DNA of 64,000 nt from Paludibacteraceae bacterium (lineage in GTDB: Bacteria; Bacteroidota; Bacteroidia; Bacteroidales; Paludibacteraceae). Made by a program: the position numbers and the translations under genes. Below the pieces are notes generated by a model that was not told the origin of the DNA, did no database searches, and saw only the letters and a program-made list of their open reading frames with translations. Below, piece by piece: positions 8,252-17,980 of the stretch. Numbering within the stretch: position 1 is the first letter of the stretch; each line of letters opens with the position of its first letter. Where the stretch lies: assembly GCA_045641625.1 (NCBI GenBank), contig JAZUHH010000027.1, positions 1,582-65,581 of the forward strand. The letters are read 5' to 3'.

Positions 8252-9346
8252 CTATTTCAGCCTGCTCTGGTACTTCTTGCTGTCTCCCAGGTACACGTTC
8301 AGCAGACCTACGCTGATGATGCTGACTCCGAACGCAAGAAGCGGGAATATACTGCAGAACGAGTCATACAGTCCGTGTCCAAGTGCAGGGATGCTTATGG
8401 CAAGGAAATACAGACCCTTGCGGTACCTTGGGTAAAGATGTGCAAAGCTGAGGAAGAAACCTGCCACAGCTGTCCAGATGGCATGTATGAACGGCAGGGT
8501 GGTCATTCGCGCTATGTTCAGATAGTATGCGTCCGCATAGCCCTGCTGTGTGTTCACGGTAAGCTGGTACTGGACTCCTTCGAATACTCCGAAGGCAAGT
8601 CCCGATATGAGTCCGTAGAACACCATAGTCTGGGGAATCATCGGCTCCTTTGCCCTCTTGAGAAGGAACAGGAGGACAAGCATCTTGCCCAGCTCCTCTG
8701 TGAAACCTACGCCAAAGACGAAACCTATGATGTTGCTCAACAGTCCGTTGCTCTGGGTGAGCATATAGAATATGTTCAAGTTGGGCAGTCCAAGCAGATC
8801 CCATATAACAATGATGACAAGCTGTGTCAGAAAGAATATCTTGAGTGTCGTGCTTGTCTTCACCTGCTTGGTCTTGTAGAACGAATAGAAGAACATCGCC
8901 CACATGCTCGAGAAGTATAGCGATATGGCATAGAACCTAAGGAAATCGCTTGGAATATATGTCACCCCTATGAGCGGGAACATACCGATTATTGTGAGCA
9001 GAAGCAGTCTTTTGTCCTTGCTCCAGGTCTCCTTCTCCAACAGCTCCTTGGGGAACAGCAGATCCTTGCCCAAACGTGATATTTGAGAGAAAATGCTGCC
9101 TTCTGACTCGACCTTGAATGGTATGTTGTTGTACTTAAGCACACTGCTTACAGTCTCGTATCTGGTGTTCTCGTCTATGTTGTCCGTGTTGGTAACCTTG
9201 TCGCAGGCCAGAGTCTTGCCTATGGTAGTCAGGCTTCTCAGGTCTTCGAGTGAGTATGGCCCGTAAGATTTGCCGTTTCTGACCACGAACAGACGGTTAG
9301 TGTTGCAGATGTCTATATTCTCGACATCGTTGCCTAATAATCCCAT
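8252..9346 (-). CDS. PrsW-family intramembrane protease with N-terminal GYF_2-like domain
   Basis: N-terminus FVVRNGKSYGPYSLEDLRSL is GYF_2/DUF4339-like. Multi-pass membrane core carries PrsW-type motifs GFTEELGK, AFGVFEG, HAIWTAVAG and HGLYD. The ATG at 9344-9346 leaves a 4-nt gap to the stop of the upstream gene (9351-9353). Confidence 0.7.
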   Translation of the reverse strand: MGLLGNDVENIDICNTNRLFVVRNGKSYGPYSLEDLRSLTTIGKTLACDKVTNTDNIDENTRYETVSSVLKYNNIPFKVESEGSIFSQISRLGKDLLFPKELLEKETWSKDKRLLLLTIIGMFPLIGVTYIPSDFLRFYAISLYFSSMWAMFFYSFYKTKQVKTSTTLKIFFLTQLVIIVIWDLLGLPNLNIFYMLTQSNGLLSNIIGFVFGVGFTEELGKMLVLLFLLKRAKEPMIPQTMVFYGLISGLAFGVFEGVQYQLTVNTQQGYADAYYLNIARMTTLPFIHAIWTAVAGFFLSFAHLYPRYRKGLYFLAISIPALGHGLYDSFCSIFPLLAFGVSIISVGLLNVYLGDSKKYQSRLK

Positions 9347-9350
9347 AAAT

Positions 9351-12300
9351 CTATTTCTTGTTAATGAAGTTAATAAGTTTAGCATAGATGTTGTTCTTCA
9401 TCAGAATCTCGCTGCATCCGGTTATGAACATCTGCTTTCTGGCACGAGTCAGCGCCACGTTCAGTTTCCTGTCGATAAAGGCACCGTCCTCCTGCATGAT
9501 GTTGCAGATCTGACGCATCTGTCTGTCCTCGTTGGCACAGACCGAGTAGATTATGATGTCACGCTGGCTGCCCTGATAGCGCTCAACGGTATCTATGGTT
9601 ATCTTGCTGGTGTCAATCCTGTACTGCTCCAGTTTGCTGCGGATAAGTGCTATCTGGCTTCGGTATGTGGTTATTACGCCAATGCTCTTTTCGGTGAAAG
9701 GCATCCTGTTTGCCTGCATCAGCGACATTGCCTTGATTACGATATTTACCACTATGTCCGCCTCGCTAGGGTTGGTCTTGATGTTGTCCAGGTCCTGTGA
9801 GGTTGTGGAAGGGATGAAGGCTATGCGTCTGGTAGCAATCATGGTCTCGACCGGATCGCTGGCATTGAAGTCGGTATAGTCAAGCCCACACTCCTGATGG
9901 TCCAGAGGCACGCACTTCAGCCTGCCTGCATAGAACATCTCGTTGGCAAACTGTGCCACATCCCTGTGCATGCGTCCCTGGTGTGTCAGCATGTCAAAGG
10001 CAGTATCGTTGCCTGCCTGTCTGTTAAGCGTGAATAGACGCTCGAAAAGCGAGTTTCTTCGGTCTCTCAATCCTATTTCGTACAGGTCGGAGTCCTCTTC
10101 AGGCACACGCGATTCGTTCTCGCTCTGGACCACCACTGCTGGCAGCTGCTTGTGGTCTCCGATCATGATGAACTTCTTGATAGCAAGCTCGCAGTTGCAG
10201 TTCAGGTAGGACAGTATGCCGCATATCTGCGGTTCAAGAATCTGGGAAGCCTCGTCTATGATAGCCACGTCGAAAGTCACTATGTCGAACAGAGGCGAAC
10301 GTCTGTTCATGGTTGTGGTAGTGGCTATGTATATGCGTGTGCCCTTGATGATAGCTTCGACCGAACGCCTGTCCTTGCAGTCCTTGATTCGGTTATAGAT
10401 GATGTTCTCGTGATATTCCGGAGCGCATGTCAGCGGACCTCCTATCCTTATGAAGTCAAGCCCTGCAGACTTTACAGAGGCGCATATCTCGTCAACAGCC
10501 CTGTTAGTGTAGGCAAGTAGCAGTATGTTGTTGCCTTCGGCATGGAACTCCCTCACCATGTCACGCAGTGTTACTGATGTCTTGCCAGTTCCCGGAGGAC
10601 CGACAAGCAGGAAGTAGTCGTCCGCACCCTTTGCCTTGGTAACTATTCGTTTCACGTTCTCGTCCTGAATCTCTGTCTTCAGTGTAGCTGGACGAGACGT
10701 TGGAAGAGTCTTGCCAAGTATGATGTCTCTGCGGTTTACGTCTGTATCCGAAAGAGCAAAGACACTGCGTAGCAATGCGTTTGCAGAGTCTGTGCTGTCC
10801 GGCTCTATGGCGTATCTGTTTCGTGAGTCAAGAGCGGACTGGTTCTTCTGTGCCTGTCTAAGCGCCACAGTAACCTCTTTGTCAGTCAGCTCTGCAATGC
10901 TGCACTTCAGCACCTCCTTGTTTGTCACAAGGTCTTCGTCGGAGTTGCGGATGTATAGTATTGCCATGTCTCCCTTTCGGAAGTTGGCAATGTAGTCTCT
11001 GTGCAGGGGCGAGAACTTGAACGTCACCCTGTCTGTTCCGTTTGGACCTTCCTCCCTGTTTGTGATCTCCAGGTCGAACAGTATAGCTCCGCTCTCCATC
11101 TTTTCGTCCAGAGTGGAGTTCCAGCATGACGCAAATCCGCCGATATTGTCGGCTATCATGCCACCTCCCACCTTTGAGTACAGCTGTTCTCGGCAGATGA
11201 AGTTGGCAAAAGAATATATGTACTTCTGGTCAAGCGGAGGAAGGGTAGCCATCCTCATCCTGAACTCCTCTATCTGAGGTATGATGTAGTCCTTGAACAG
11301 TATGCTTGACCTGTTCTTCTCGTAGTTGTTGATTATGTATTGGGGCTGTATGTAGTCGAATATCTTCTTTGTGGCCTGTGCGGTAGTTATTGAAGCAAGT
11401 TCGTACTCCATACTGACGATTCTGTTGCGCAGGTTGAGTATCGCCCTCAAGGCATCCATCGAAGGGTAAGTCTTCCTAAGAGTGTTCACATTGTACTTGG
11501 AATAGAATATGTATGTTCCAAGTTCATGGAACGGAATGCCAAGAATCTTCTGCACCATGATCTGGTACAGGAATGCCTGGCTGCGATGGTTTGTGCAGAC
11601 TCCGTCGTTGGACATGAACGGACCTTTGCCGCTCTTAAGCTCTATCACTATGTTGTTGCCATCCTTTCTCTGAAGGAAGTCAAGTCGTCCCTGCATGCCG
11701 ATGTCCTCGCAGATGAATGCGGGTTCAAGTGTGGCGCATCCCTTGTCAATGCCAAGCGTAGGGAATACGTTGTTCACCACATTGCCGATATTGTTGAACT
11801 GAGACATAGCCTCCTCAAAGAAGTTGTTGGTCTCTTTCGATGACAGAGGTTTCTCGAGGTCCTTGCACGCAGTAAGTTCAATGGGCATTGTGCAGAATGC
11901 GTCGTTTGTGGTCTGCTTGAACTCCACGTTCCTGCCGTTATATACGAAAGCGTCGTGGTAGTAGTTAGCCATGTCTCCCAACAGAATATGACGTGTGACG
12001 GTTGACTTCTTTACCTTGTTATATAGGTATGTGAACGGAGACATCATATTGTCGTTGCAGCTCTCTGCCAGACTACTGCAGTCAAGCAGATAGTCGGGAT
12101 AAAGGATGAAAAGCTGTGGTGTCAGGTCTCCGTTGCTCTCAACAGTGCAGTCTATGAGGTTGACTATGGCACCCTTGCGAAAGTTGTTCGGGGTTATTGC
12201 CATCAGGTCATTTATGCCCTTGACTCCGTGTCTGGCCTTGATGTATGTGTTCGAGCCGTTGCCGGCCTCATAGCCGCATAGGTGAGTCTCTGTAAGCTCG

Positions 12301-12734
12301 TTTACAACTATGCGCACCTTGCCTATTCTGTCTCTCTTCTGGTATGTCTTTGCTTCCGGCAGCAGTGTAGTGTTCACTACGTCTGCAAAATCAATGGCAG
12401 GGACATCTCCCGTAACGGCTATTATGAATCGTGCCAGAGCTACGGCATCGGTCTTTACCTCCTCGGCAGTCAGCTGCAATTTCTTGCCAAGCACTTTGGT
12501 AGCATGACTCTCGAACACATGTATCGCAGACTTGATTTCGGGAGTTATAGTGTCGTATTTGTCAAATAAGTGCCTTATTCTTGTGTATCTGTTGGCGAAA
12601 CCAATTTTTTCGTCTGCTGTGACGCTGTCAATGAATTCGCAGAACAACCCCTTGAAACGCTTGTATTTAGTCTTGATGTCCCTTATATTGAAGTAAAAGG
12701 AGGAAAGGTTTTCAAGGAATTGGTTTTTTAACAT
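9351..12734 (-). CDS. Dna2-like fusion: PD-(D/E)XK (Cas4/RecB-type) nuclease domain plus Upf1-like SF1 helicase (1127 aa)
   Basis: Nuclease motifs GRLDFL .. IVIELKSGK .. QAFLYQ. Helicase motifs GPPGTGKTS, IIDEASQILEP, MIGDHKQLPAVV, GRMHRDV, VERYQGSQRDIIIYS and LNVALTRARKQMFITG. Confidence 0.75.
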   Translation of the reverse strand: MLKNQFLENLSSFYFNIRDIKTKYKRFKGLFCEFIDSVTADEKIGFANRYTRIRHLFDKYDTITPEIKSAIHVFESHATKVLGKKLQLTAEEVKTDAVALARFIIAVTGDVPAIDFADVVNTTLLPEAKTYQKRDRIGKVRIVVNELTETHLCGYEAGNGSNTYIKARHGVKGINDLMAITPNNFRKGAIVNLIDCTVESNGDLTPQLFILYPDYLLDCSSLAESCNDNMMSPFTYLYNKVKKSTVTRHILLGDMANYYHDAFVYNGRNVEFKQTTNDAFCTMPIELTACKDLEKPLSSKETNNFFEEAMSQFNNIGNVVNNVFPTLGIDKGCATLEPAFICEDIGMQGRLDFLQRKDGNNIVIELKSGKGPFMSNDGVCTNHRSQAFLYQIMVQKILGIPFHELGTYIFYSKYNVNTLRKTYPSMDALRAILNLRNRIVSMEYELASITTAQATKKIFDYIQPQYIINNYEKNRSSILFKDYIIPQIEEFRMRMATLPPLDQKYIYSFANFICREQLYSKVGGGMIADNIGGFASCWNSTLDEKMESGAILFDLEITNREEGPNGTDRVTFKFSPLHRDYIANFRKGDMAILYIRNSDEDLVTNKEVLKCSIAELTDKEVTVALRQAQKNQSALDSRNRYAIEPDSTDSANALLRSVFALSDTDVNRRDIILGKTLPTSRPATLKTEIQDENVKRIVTKAKGADDYFLLVGPPGTGKTSVTLRDMVREFHAEGNNILLLAYTNRAVDEICASVKSAGLDFIRIGGPLTCAPEYHENIIYNRIKDCKDRRSVEAIIKGTRIYIATTTTMNRRSPLFDIVTFDVAIIDEASQILEPQICGILSYLNCNCELAIKKFIMIGDHKQLPAVVVQSENESRVPEEDSDLYEIGLRDRRNSLFERLFTLNRQAGNDTAFDMLTHQGRMHRDVAQFANEMFYAGRLKCVPLDHQECGLDYTDFNASDPVETMIATRRIAFIPSTTSQDLDNIKTNPSEADIVVNIVIKAMSLMQANRMPFTEKSIGVITTYRSQIALIRSKLEQYRIDTSKITIDTVERYQGSQRDIIIYSVCANEDRQMRQICNIMQEDGAFIDRKLNVALTRARKQMFITGCSEILMKNNIYAKLINFINKK

Positions 12735-12801
12735 TTTTTTACAAATGAGTTAAAGTTATATTAAAAAAATATTTTTGTGCAGATAATCAAAAACGATTAC
12801 C

Positions 12802-12809
12802 TATATTTG
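12802..12809 (+). promoter_or_regulatory. Bacteroidetes -7 promoter box (TAnnTTTG)
   Basis: tatatttg, 81 nt upstream of the ATG at 12890. Confidence 0.45.
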
Positions 12810-12889
12810 CATCCAGAACAAGGGAACAACAATTACAGTTGACCTCAGTTCTGCAAAAATAGTATAAATGAATTTAAATTGTTAGAGAT

Positions 12890-13714
12890 ATGAAAACTTT
12901 TGTAAGAAAAATAACAGCATTGCTTGCAACAGCAATCGTTAGCATAGGAATGGTAGCAGCACAGCAGAGAGGTAGAGGTGGAAACAATGGTGGTTCACGT
13001 CAAGCTGCAACACAACAGTCGGCTCCAAGAGCTTCGGTTTCACATCAGTCGTCTTCTTCACATCAGTCAGCACCTTCGCGTCAGGCATCAGCTGCTCCTC
13101 AGCGTCAGGCTTCTGCTTCAAGACCTGCTTCGTCAGCTCCTCAGCGCAGTGGTTCACGTCCGGTTCAAAATACTCAGCACAGCAACCATCACGGTAATGT
13201 AAAGTATAACGGATCTGCCCACAACGCTCATGTTCATCATGATCACCATGCACCGGCTCATCACGATCATCACGCACCGGTTCACCATGATCCACATCAT
13301 CACCATGCACCGGTTCACCATGATCCACATCATCATCATGCACCTGTTCACCACCATCATCATCACGCACCTGCTCACCTACACTACCACGAGCATCCGG
13401 TTTACCACCGCGCTTTGCCGGCAGCTTACTTGCCATTCTATGTAGGTGATGTTACATACTACTACGCAGGCGGCACATACTACGTTTACGATCCAGTTTA
13501 CGGATACGAGGTTGTAGGTTGCCCAACTAACGTGTTCTTGCCTTACTTGCCAGCAGGTTCAAGAATGGTGACATACAGAGGCACTCTATACTACGAGTAC
13601 GATGGTATGTGGATGTTGCCAGTTGAAGGCCAGTATATGATTGTAGAGCGCCCTGTTTCAAGAGTGAGCATCTCAATCCCAATGCCTTCATTCAGATTCT
13701 ACGCAAGTTTCTAA
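12890..13714 (+). CDS. Secreted histidine-repeat protein with Tyr/Gly-rich C-terminal domain
   Basis: Signal peptide MKTFVRKITALLATAIVSIGMVAAQ. S/A/Q-rich linker. His-rich repeats HHDHHAPAHHDHHAPVHHDPHHHHAPVHHDPHHHHAPVHHHHHHAPAH. C-terminus YYYAGGTYYVYDPVYGYEVV..YYEYDGMWMLPVEGQYMIVERP. Confidence 0.7.
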   Translation: MKTFVRKITALLATAIVSIGMVAAQQRGRGGNNGGSRQAATQQSAPRASVSHQSSSSHQSAPSRQASAAPQRQASASRPASSAPQRSGSRPVQNTQHSNHHGNVKYNGSAHNAHVHHDHHAPAHHDHHAPVHHDPHHHHAPVHHDPHHHHAPVHHHHHHAPAHLHYHEHPVYHRALPAAYLPFYVGDVTYYYAGGTYYVYDPVYGYEVVGCPTNVFLPYLPAGSRMVTYRGTLYYEYDGMWMLPVEGQYMIVERPVSRVSISIPMPSFRFYASF

Positions 13715-13738
13715 TAAAGTTATAGATTAAACAATAAA

Positions 13739-13775
13739 GGTAGTTGAATTTACGGATTCAACTACCCTTTTTATT
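13739..13775. terminator. Hairpin terminator between convergent genes
   Basis: ggtagttgaat / attcaactacc form an 11-bp stem (13739-13766) followed by ctttttattt. Confidence 0.6.
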
Positions 13776-13811
13776 TGTGTCTTGGTCATTCTTGTATTCG
13801 AGTCAGACAAA

Positions 13812-16103
13812 TCAGAAAGGATACCCTACAGCGAAGTGGAAGGCGAAGTCATCATGTGGCTTGAAGTGATGTGCAAACCTCCATGCCCTGCCTGACTCGA
13901 TCTGTTTTGGATCGTGTACCTTCATGCCCAGGTCAAACCTAATAAGGAAATAGTTGAAGTCAAGTCTTAGTCCTGCACCGGTTGCAAGTGCAATCTGTTT
14001 GTAGAACTCGTTAAAGTAGAAAGCTCCCTTGGGCTGCTCGTCATACTCCTTGATGGTCCATATATTTCCTGCATCAAGGAACAGTGCAAGTTCAAGCTTC
14101 CAGAACATCTTGAATCGGTATTCCCAGTTCATCAGCAGGTTCACGTCTCCCGTCTGTGCCAGATAGTTTGTTCCGGACATATATTCACCTGGACCAAGGC
14201 TTCGCACGTTCCATCCTCTGACTCCGCTTGCTCCTCCGGCGAAGAATCTCTTTTCAAAAGGCACTCCGTCAGAGTTTCCGTAAGGGACAGCCAGACCAAC
14301 CTTTGCGTGATATGCTATTCTACATTTCTCGTGTATGAACTGGTTGTATGCGTACTCAATTTCTGTCTTTGCGTATTGCGAGTATGGAACGTCGAACACA
14401 AGTCGGTGTCCCAGGCTGTCCGTCTTGTAGTTGAACACGTTTCTGAAAGAATGGATCAGGTTGCCTCCAAGCTCAAGTGAGGCACGGAAAGTCTTTCTGT
14501 TCAGCAGCCTCTGGTTCGACTGGTTGTCAAATGTGTATCCGAATCCTGCGCAAAGTATCTGGTGGTCCGTATAGTTGTAGAGCAGAATGGGGTTCGTATG
14601 CCTTGACAGGTACCTTTTTGTGAAGTCCTCTGCATTCTTCATCTTTACGAGGTTATAGTCGAAAAGAGAGAACGAGTAGTTGTAGAATCTTCGCTTTGTC
14701 CATGAGTATTTCCACGAGAAGTTGTACAGCTGCCTGTCATAGCTGAGTTTCTGCCTGTCATAGGAGAACAGTATGGATGTTGTGGCAACCATACGCTTCT
14801 TGAAGTCGTGTGTAAGGAACGGGAACAGTACGCGCGGGAAGTCCAGCGACACCTCGAGTCCGAAGTCCTGCACACGCTTCAGGCTTGTATCGACTCCGGT
14901 CATTGACTCCTGGGAGTAGCTGATTTTGAATCCAAGGTTTTCCGATCCGTGGAAAATGTTCCTGTGGCTCCATCCGAGGTTGGCTCCGAATCCGAAGTCT
15001 CCGGAAGTTGTTGTCAGCTCGACATCTGCTGAAACGGACTTCATCTTGCGCGGAGTCAGCGTGATGTTGCAGATCACCTGGTTGCTGTCGTTTCTAAGGT
15101 CGTTGTATGCCACATAGGCAGATCGTATAGCACCCAGAGAGTTTAGCCTTGTCTGTGTCAGGTCTATTCTGAACGAGTTGTAGAGCTCGTCCTTGTTGAA
15201 CATCAGGTTGTCCTCGAGTACCGAAGGGCGGAGCAGAGGTCTGTCCTTGAAGTGGATTATCGCGCCGGACTGGGACTGGATGCTGTCATAGGTCTGCACC
15301 TCTTCCCATGACACAGCCGGAGCGTGCAGGGTGGTGATGTTGATGTCCGAAATCTTGTACTGCTGATGAGGCATATCGACCTTGTTTCCTTCACTGTCAA
15401 TCTTAGAGAACGGTTTCAGCAGCATAACAAGGTCCACCTGGTTGTCTCCTATCGTTGTGTCTGCGAAGTAAGACAGATAGTCCTTGCTGAAGTAGAAGTA
15501 TCCTCTTCTGCGCAGTAATGCGGCGATGTTCTCCCTCTCCTCGTCAAGCACATAGTTGTCGAACAGCATGTTGCTGTCGAGCTTGGTTGTGAAGTATTTG
15601 TCCCTGCCGATTATGTTCTGGATTGTTGTGTCACCCCTATAGTCCCTTCTTATTTTTCTCACTCTATAGGGTTCGTTCTCCTCTATGTTGTACGTGATGT
15701 TAGCGCGCTTGTCCTTCAGCTGTACGTATGACTGCACATTGACCTTCTGGTAGCCTTTGGACTTGTAGAATTTCTGCAGTTCGTTCACTGACTGCGCTGT
15801 AAGTATCGGGTTATAGATTACAGGCTTCTCTCCTATCTTTCTCAGCAGTCTGTTTATGCGCTTTGTTGTGTCCTTGCCGGAAAGTGAGTATAGCCTAAGG
15901 TTGGTCTTGAACAGTCCGAAAATCTTTAGGTTCGGATGTTGGCGGATGTACTGCTGTGCTTCCGAGTTCGGTATGACGTTGCTTTTGCTCTTTATCTCAA
16001 CCTTGTCGAGCAGATACTCTCCGTCAGCGACGTACTTTACAGGCGAGCATGCGCTTGTGACAATCACCAAGAGGGCGAGCAGTATGTATAGTGTCTTGTT
16101 CAT
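13812..16103 (-). CDS. BamA/TamA (Omp85) family outer-membrane protein
   Basis: Signal/lipobox-like N-terminus, POTRA-like region, and a C-terminal barrel with RFFAGGASGVRGW that ends in aromatic ..AVGYPF. Confidence 0.75.
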   Translation of the reverse strand: MNKTLYILLALLVIVTSACSPVKYVADGEYLLDKVEIKSKSNVIPNSEAQQYIRQHPNLKIFGLFKTNLRLYSLSGKDTTKRINRLLRKIGEKPVIYNPILTAQSVNELQKFYKSKGYQKVNVQSYVQLKDKRANITYNIEENEPYRVRKIRRDYRGDTTIQNIIGRDKYFTTKLDSNMLFDNYVLDEERENIAALLRRRGYFYFSKDYLSYFADTTIGDNQVDLVMLLKPFSKIDSEGNKVDMPHQQYKISDINITTLHAPAVSWEEVQTYDSIQSQSGAIIHFKDRPLLRPSVLEDNLMFNKDELYNSFRIDLTQTRLNSLGAIRSAYVAYNDLRNDSNQVICNITLTPRKMKSVSADVELTTTSGDFGFGANLGWSHRNIFHGSENLGFKISYSQESMTGVDTSLKRVQDFGLEVSLDFPRVLFPFLTHDFKKRMVATTSILFSYDRQKLSYDRQLYNFSWKYSWTKRRFYNYSFSLFDYNLVKMKNAEDFTKRYLSRHTNPILLYNYTDHQILCAGFGYTFDNQSNQRLLNRKTFRASLELGGNLIHSFRNVFNYKTDSLGHRLVFDVPYSQYAKTEIEYAYNQFIHEKCRIAYHAKVGLAVPYGNSDGVPFEKRFFAGGASGVRGWNVRSLGPGEYMSGTNYLAQTGDVNLLMNWEYRFKMFWKLELALFLDAGNIWTIKEYDEQPKGAFYFNEFYKQIALATGAGLRLDFNYFLIRFDLGMKVHDPKQIESGRAWRFAHHFKPHDDFAFHFAVGYPF

Positions 16104-16121
16104 TTAAGTTCCTTGATTCTG

Positions 16122-16129
16122 CAAAAATA
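16122..16129 (-). promoter_or_regulatory. Bacteroidetes -7 promoter box (TAnnTTTG) for the Omp85 gene
   Basis: The reverse complement of caaaaata is tatttttg. It ends about 19 nt upstream of the start codon at 16101-16103. Confidence 0.45.
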
Positions 16130-16216
16130 TACTGATTTGCTGTGTTCAAACAGTAAAAACATGCCATTTTCCGACGAAATTTGTCGTAAAGCGCACATTT
16201 TATGCAAAGATAGTGA

Positions 16217-16224
16217 TATATTTG
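16217..16224 (+). promoter_or_regulatory. Bacteroidetes -7 promoter box (TAnnTTTG) for glmM
   Basis: tatatttg, 30 nt upstream of the ATG at 16254. Confidence 0.5.
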
Positions 16225-16253
16225 TATGAAATTAACAACTAATCGAGAAAAAG

Positions 16254-17639
16254 ATGACATTAATTAAATCTATTTCCGGTATTCGAGGCACTATCGGTGG
16301 CGTAGTGGGCGATAACCTGACTCCTATTGACATCGTAAAGTTCAGTGCCGCATTTGGTACATGGATTAAGGACAAGAACAACGGAAAGGCAAAAATCGTA
16401 GTCGGCCGTGATGCCCGTATCAGCGGAGCTATGGTCGAGAACATCGTATGCGGAACACTTGTTTCCATTGGTGTGGATGTTGTGAACATCGGACTTGCAT
16501 CGACTCCTACAACAGAGATTGCTGTGACTGAAGAGAAGGCTCAGGGCGGCCTTATCCTTACTGCTTCGCATAACCCTAAGCAGTGGAACGCCTTGAAACT
16601 CCTTAACGAGAAGGGTGAGTTCCTTACTGACAAGGACGGCAAGGAGGTCTTGAAGATTGCGGACAATGACGAATACTCGTTCGTTGACGTTGACTCTCTT
16701 GGAAAGGTAACCAACAACAATACATACAATGACATCCATATCAAGAAGGTGCTTGCCTTGAAGCTTGTGGATGTCGAGGCTATCAGAAAGGCCAACTTCT
16801 CTGTTGCCATTGACTGCGTGAACTCAGTCGGAGGTATGGTGCTTCCAGAGCTGTTGAAGCAGCTTGGTGTCAACGAGGTCAAGCAGCTTAACTGCGAGCC
16901 TACAGGTAACTTCGCACACAATCCGGAGCCAATTCCTGCCAACCTTACAGAGATCAGCGGTCTTTGCAAGAAGGAGAAGGTTGATGTCGGTTTCGTAGTT
17001 GATCCGGATGTTGACCGTCTTGCCATCATCTGCGAGGACGGAGAGATGTTCGGTGAGGAGTACACGCTTGTAAGTGTTGCCGACTATGTGTTGAGCCATA
17101 CAAAGGGAAACACAGTCTCGAACTTGAGCTCTACTCGTGCGCTTCGTGACGTGACTCGCAAGCGAGGTGGCGAGTACAATGCCGCCGCTGTTGGCGAGGT
17201 CAATGTTGTCACAAAGATGAAGGACACAAACGCAGTAATCGGTGGGGAAGGTAACGGAGGAGTCATCTATCCGGAGATTCACTACGGACGTGACGCTTTG
17301 GTCGGCATTGCATTGTTCCTGACTCACCTTGCACAGACCAAGATGAAGCCTACTGAACTGAAGGCTACATATCCTCAGTATTTCATCTCTAAGAACCGTA
17401 TCGACTTGACTCCAGAGGTTGACGTGGATGCAATCCTTGCCGCTGTAAAGGAGAAGTACAAGAACGAGGAGGTAAATGACATTGACGGAGTAAAGATTGA
17501 CTTTGCAGACAAGTGGGTACACCTACGCAAGAGCAATACAGAGCCAATCATTCGTGTCTATTCCGAGGCAGAGAACGAGGAAAAGGCTAACGAGATTGCC
17601 CAGAGTGTGATTTCAGTTGTCATGAGCTTGGTAAAGTAA
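16254..17639 (+). CDS. glmM: Phosphoglucosamine mutase
   Basis: Phosphoserine loop TASHNPKQWNALK, metal loop FVVDPDVDRL, sugar loop GGEGNGGVIY; 461 aa. Confidence 0.85.
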   Translation: MTLIKSISGIRGTIGGVVGDNLTPIDIVKFSAAFGTWIKDKNNGKAKIVVGRDARISGAMVENIVCGTLVSIGVDVVNIGLASTPTTEIAVTEEKAQGGLILTASHNPKQWNALKLLNEKGEFLTDKDGKEVLKIADNDEYSFVDVDSLGKVTNNNTYNDIHIKKVLALKLVDVEAIRKANFSVAIDCVNSVGGMVLPELLKQLGVNEVKQLNCEPTGNFAHNPEPIPANLTEISGLCKKEKVDVGFVVDPDVDRLAIICEDGEMFGEEYTLVSVADYVLSHTKGNTVSNLSSTRALRDVTRKRGGEYNAAAVGEVNVVTKMKDTNAVIGGEGNGGVIYPEIHYGRDALVGIALFLTHLAQTKMKPTELKATYPQYFISKNRIDLTPEVDVDAILAAVKEKYKNEEVNDIDGVKIDFADKWVHLRKSNTEPIIRVYSEAENEEKANEIAQSVISVVMSLVK

Positions 17640-17663
17640 AAGTATTTCTATACTAATCATAGG

Positions 17664-17695
17664 AAGGGAGGCGAAAGTCTCCCTTTTGTTTTTTT
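17664..17695 (+). terminator. Rho-independent terminator of glmM
   Basis: aagggag-gcgaaagt-ctccctt hairpin followed by ttgttttttt. Confidence 0.7.
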
Positions 17696-17965
17696 GAGAG
17701 AGAGCAACTTGCAGTCACAAAAACAAATCATATTTTTTATATGGTATTGTCTTTCGACAGGGAAAGTAGAATTGTATTCACGGGTTGTCTTGGCGTTGAG
17801 CCAGACACAGCGTACATTTTCAAACTCTATGTTTATATTGGTAAAATATAATCTTCAAATTGTATGCTTATAAGCAATTAGGTCGAATTATAATTTATTG
17901 GCGGGCAACTGATGTGTCTGTGGTTGAAATTGTTGGAAAATATGTGCCAAAAAATTTGGAAATGA

Positions 17966-17980
17966 TTTTTTTTTTTTTTT
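17966..17980. repeat. T15 homopolymer in the AT-rich leader of the vWA-PP2C-kinase island
   Basis: Counted directly: 15 consecutive T at 17966-17980, about 285 nt upstream of the vWA ATG. Confidence 0.95.

Noticed and set aside
12939-13445. ORFs 12939..13436(-), 12978..13202(+), 13154..13378(-) and 13230..13445(+), which overlap the His-repeat gene.
   Set aside because: They are alternative-frame or antisense read-throughs of the CAC/CAT-rich repeat. Only the 12890..13714 frame has a signal peptide and a coherent domain layout.
16260-17522. Long antisense ORFs within glmM (159, 174 and 232 aa).
   Set aside because: They lie fully inside the confidently identified glmM CDS on the opposite strand and carry no motifs. 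These are typical shadow ORFs.
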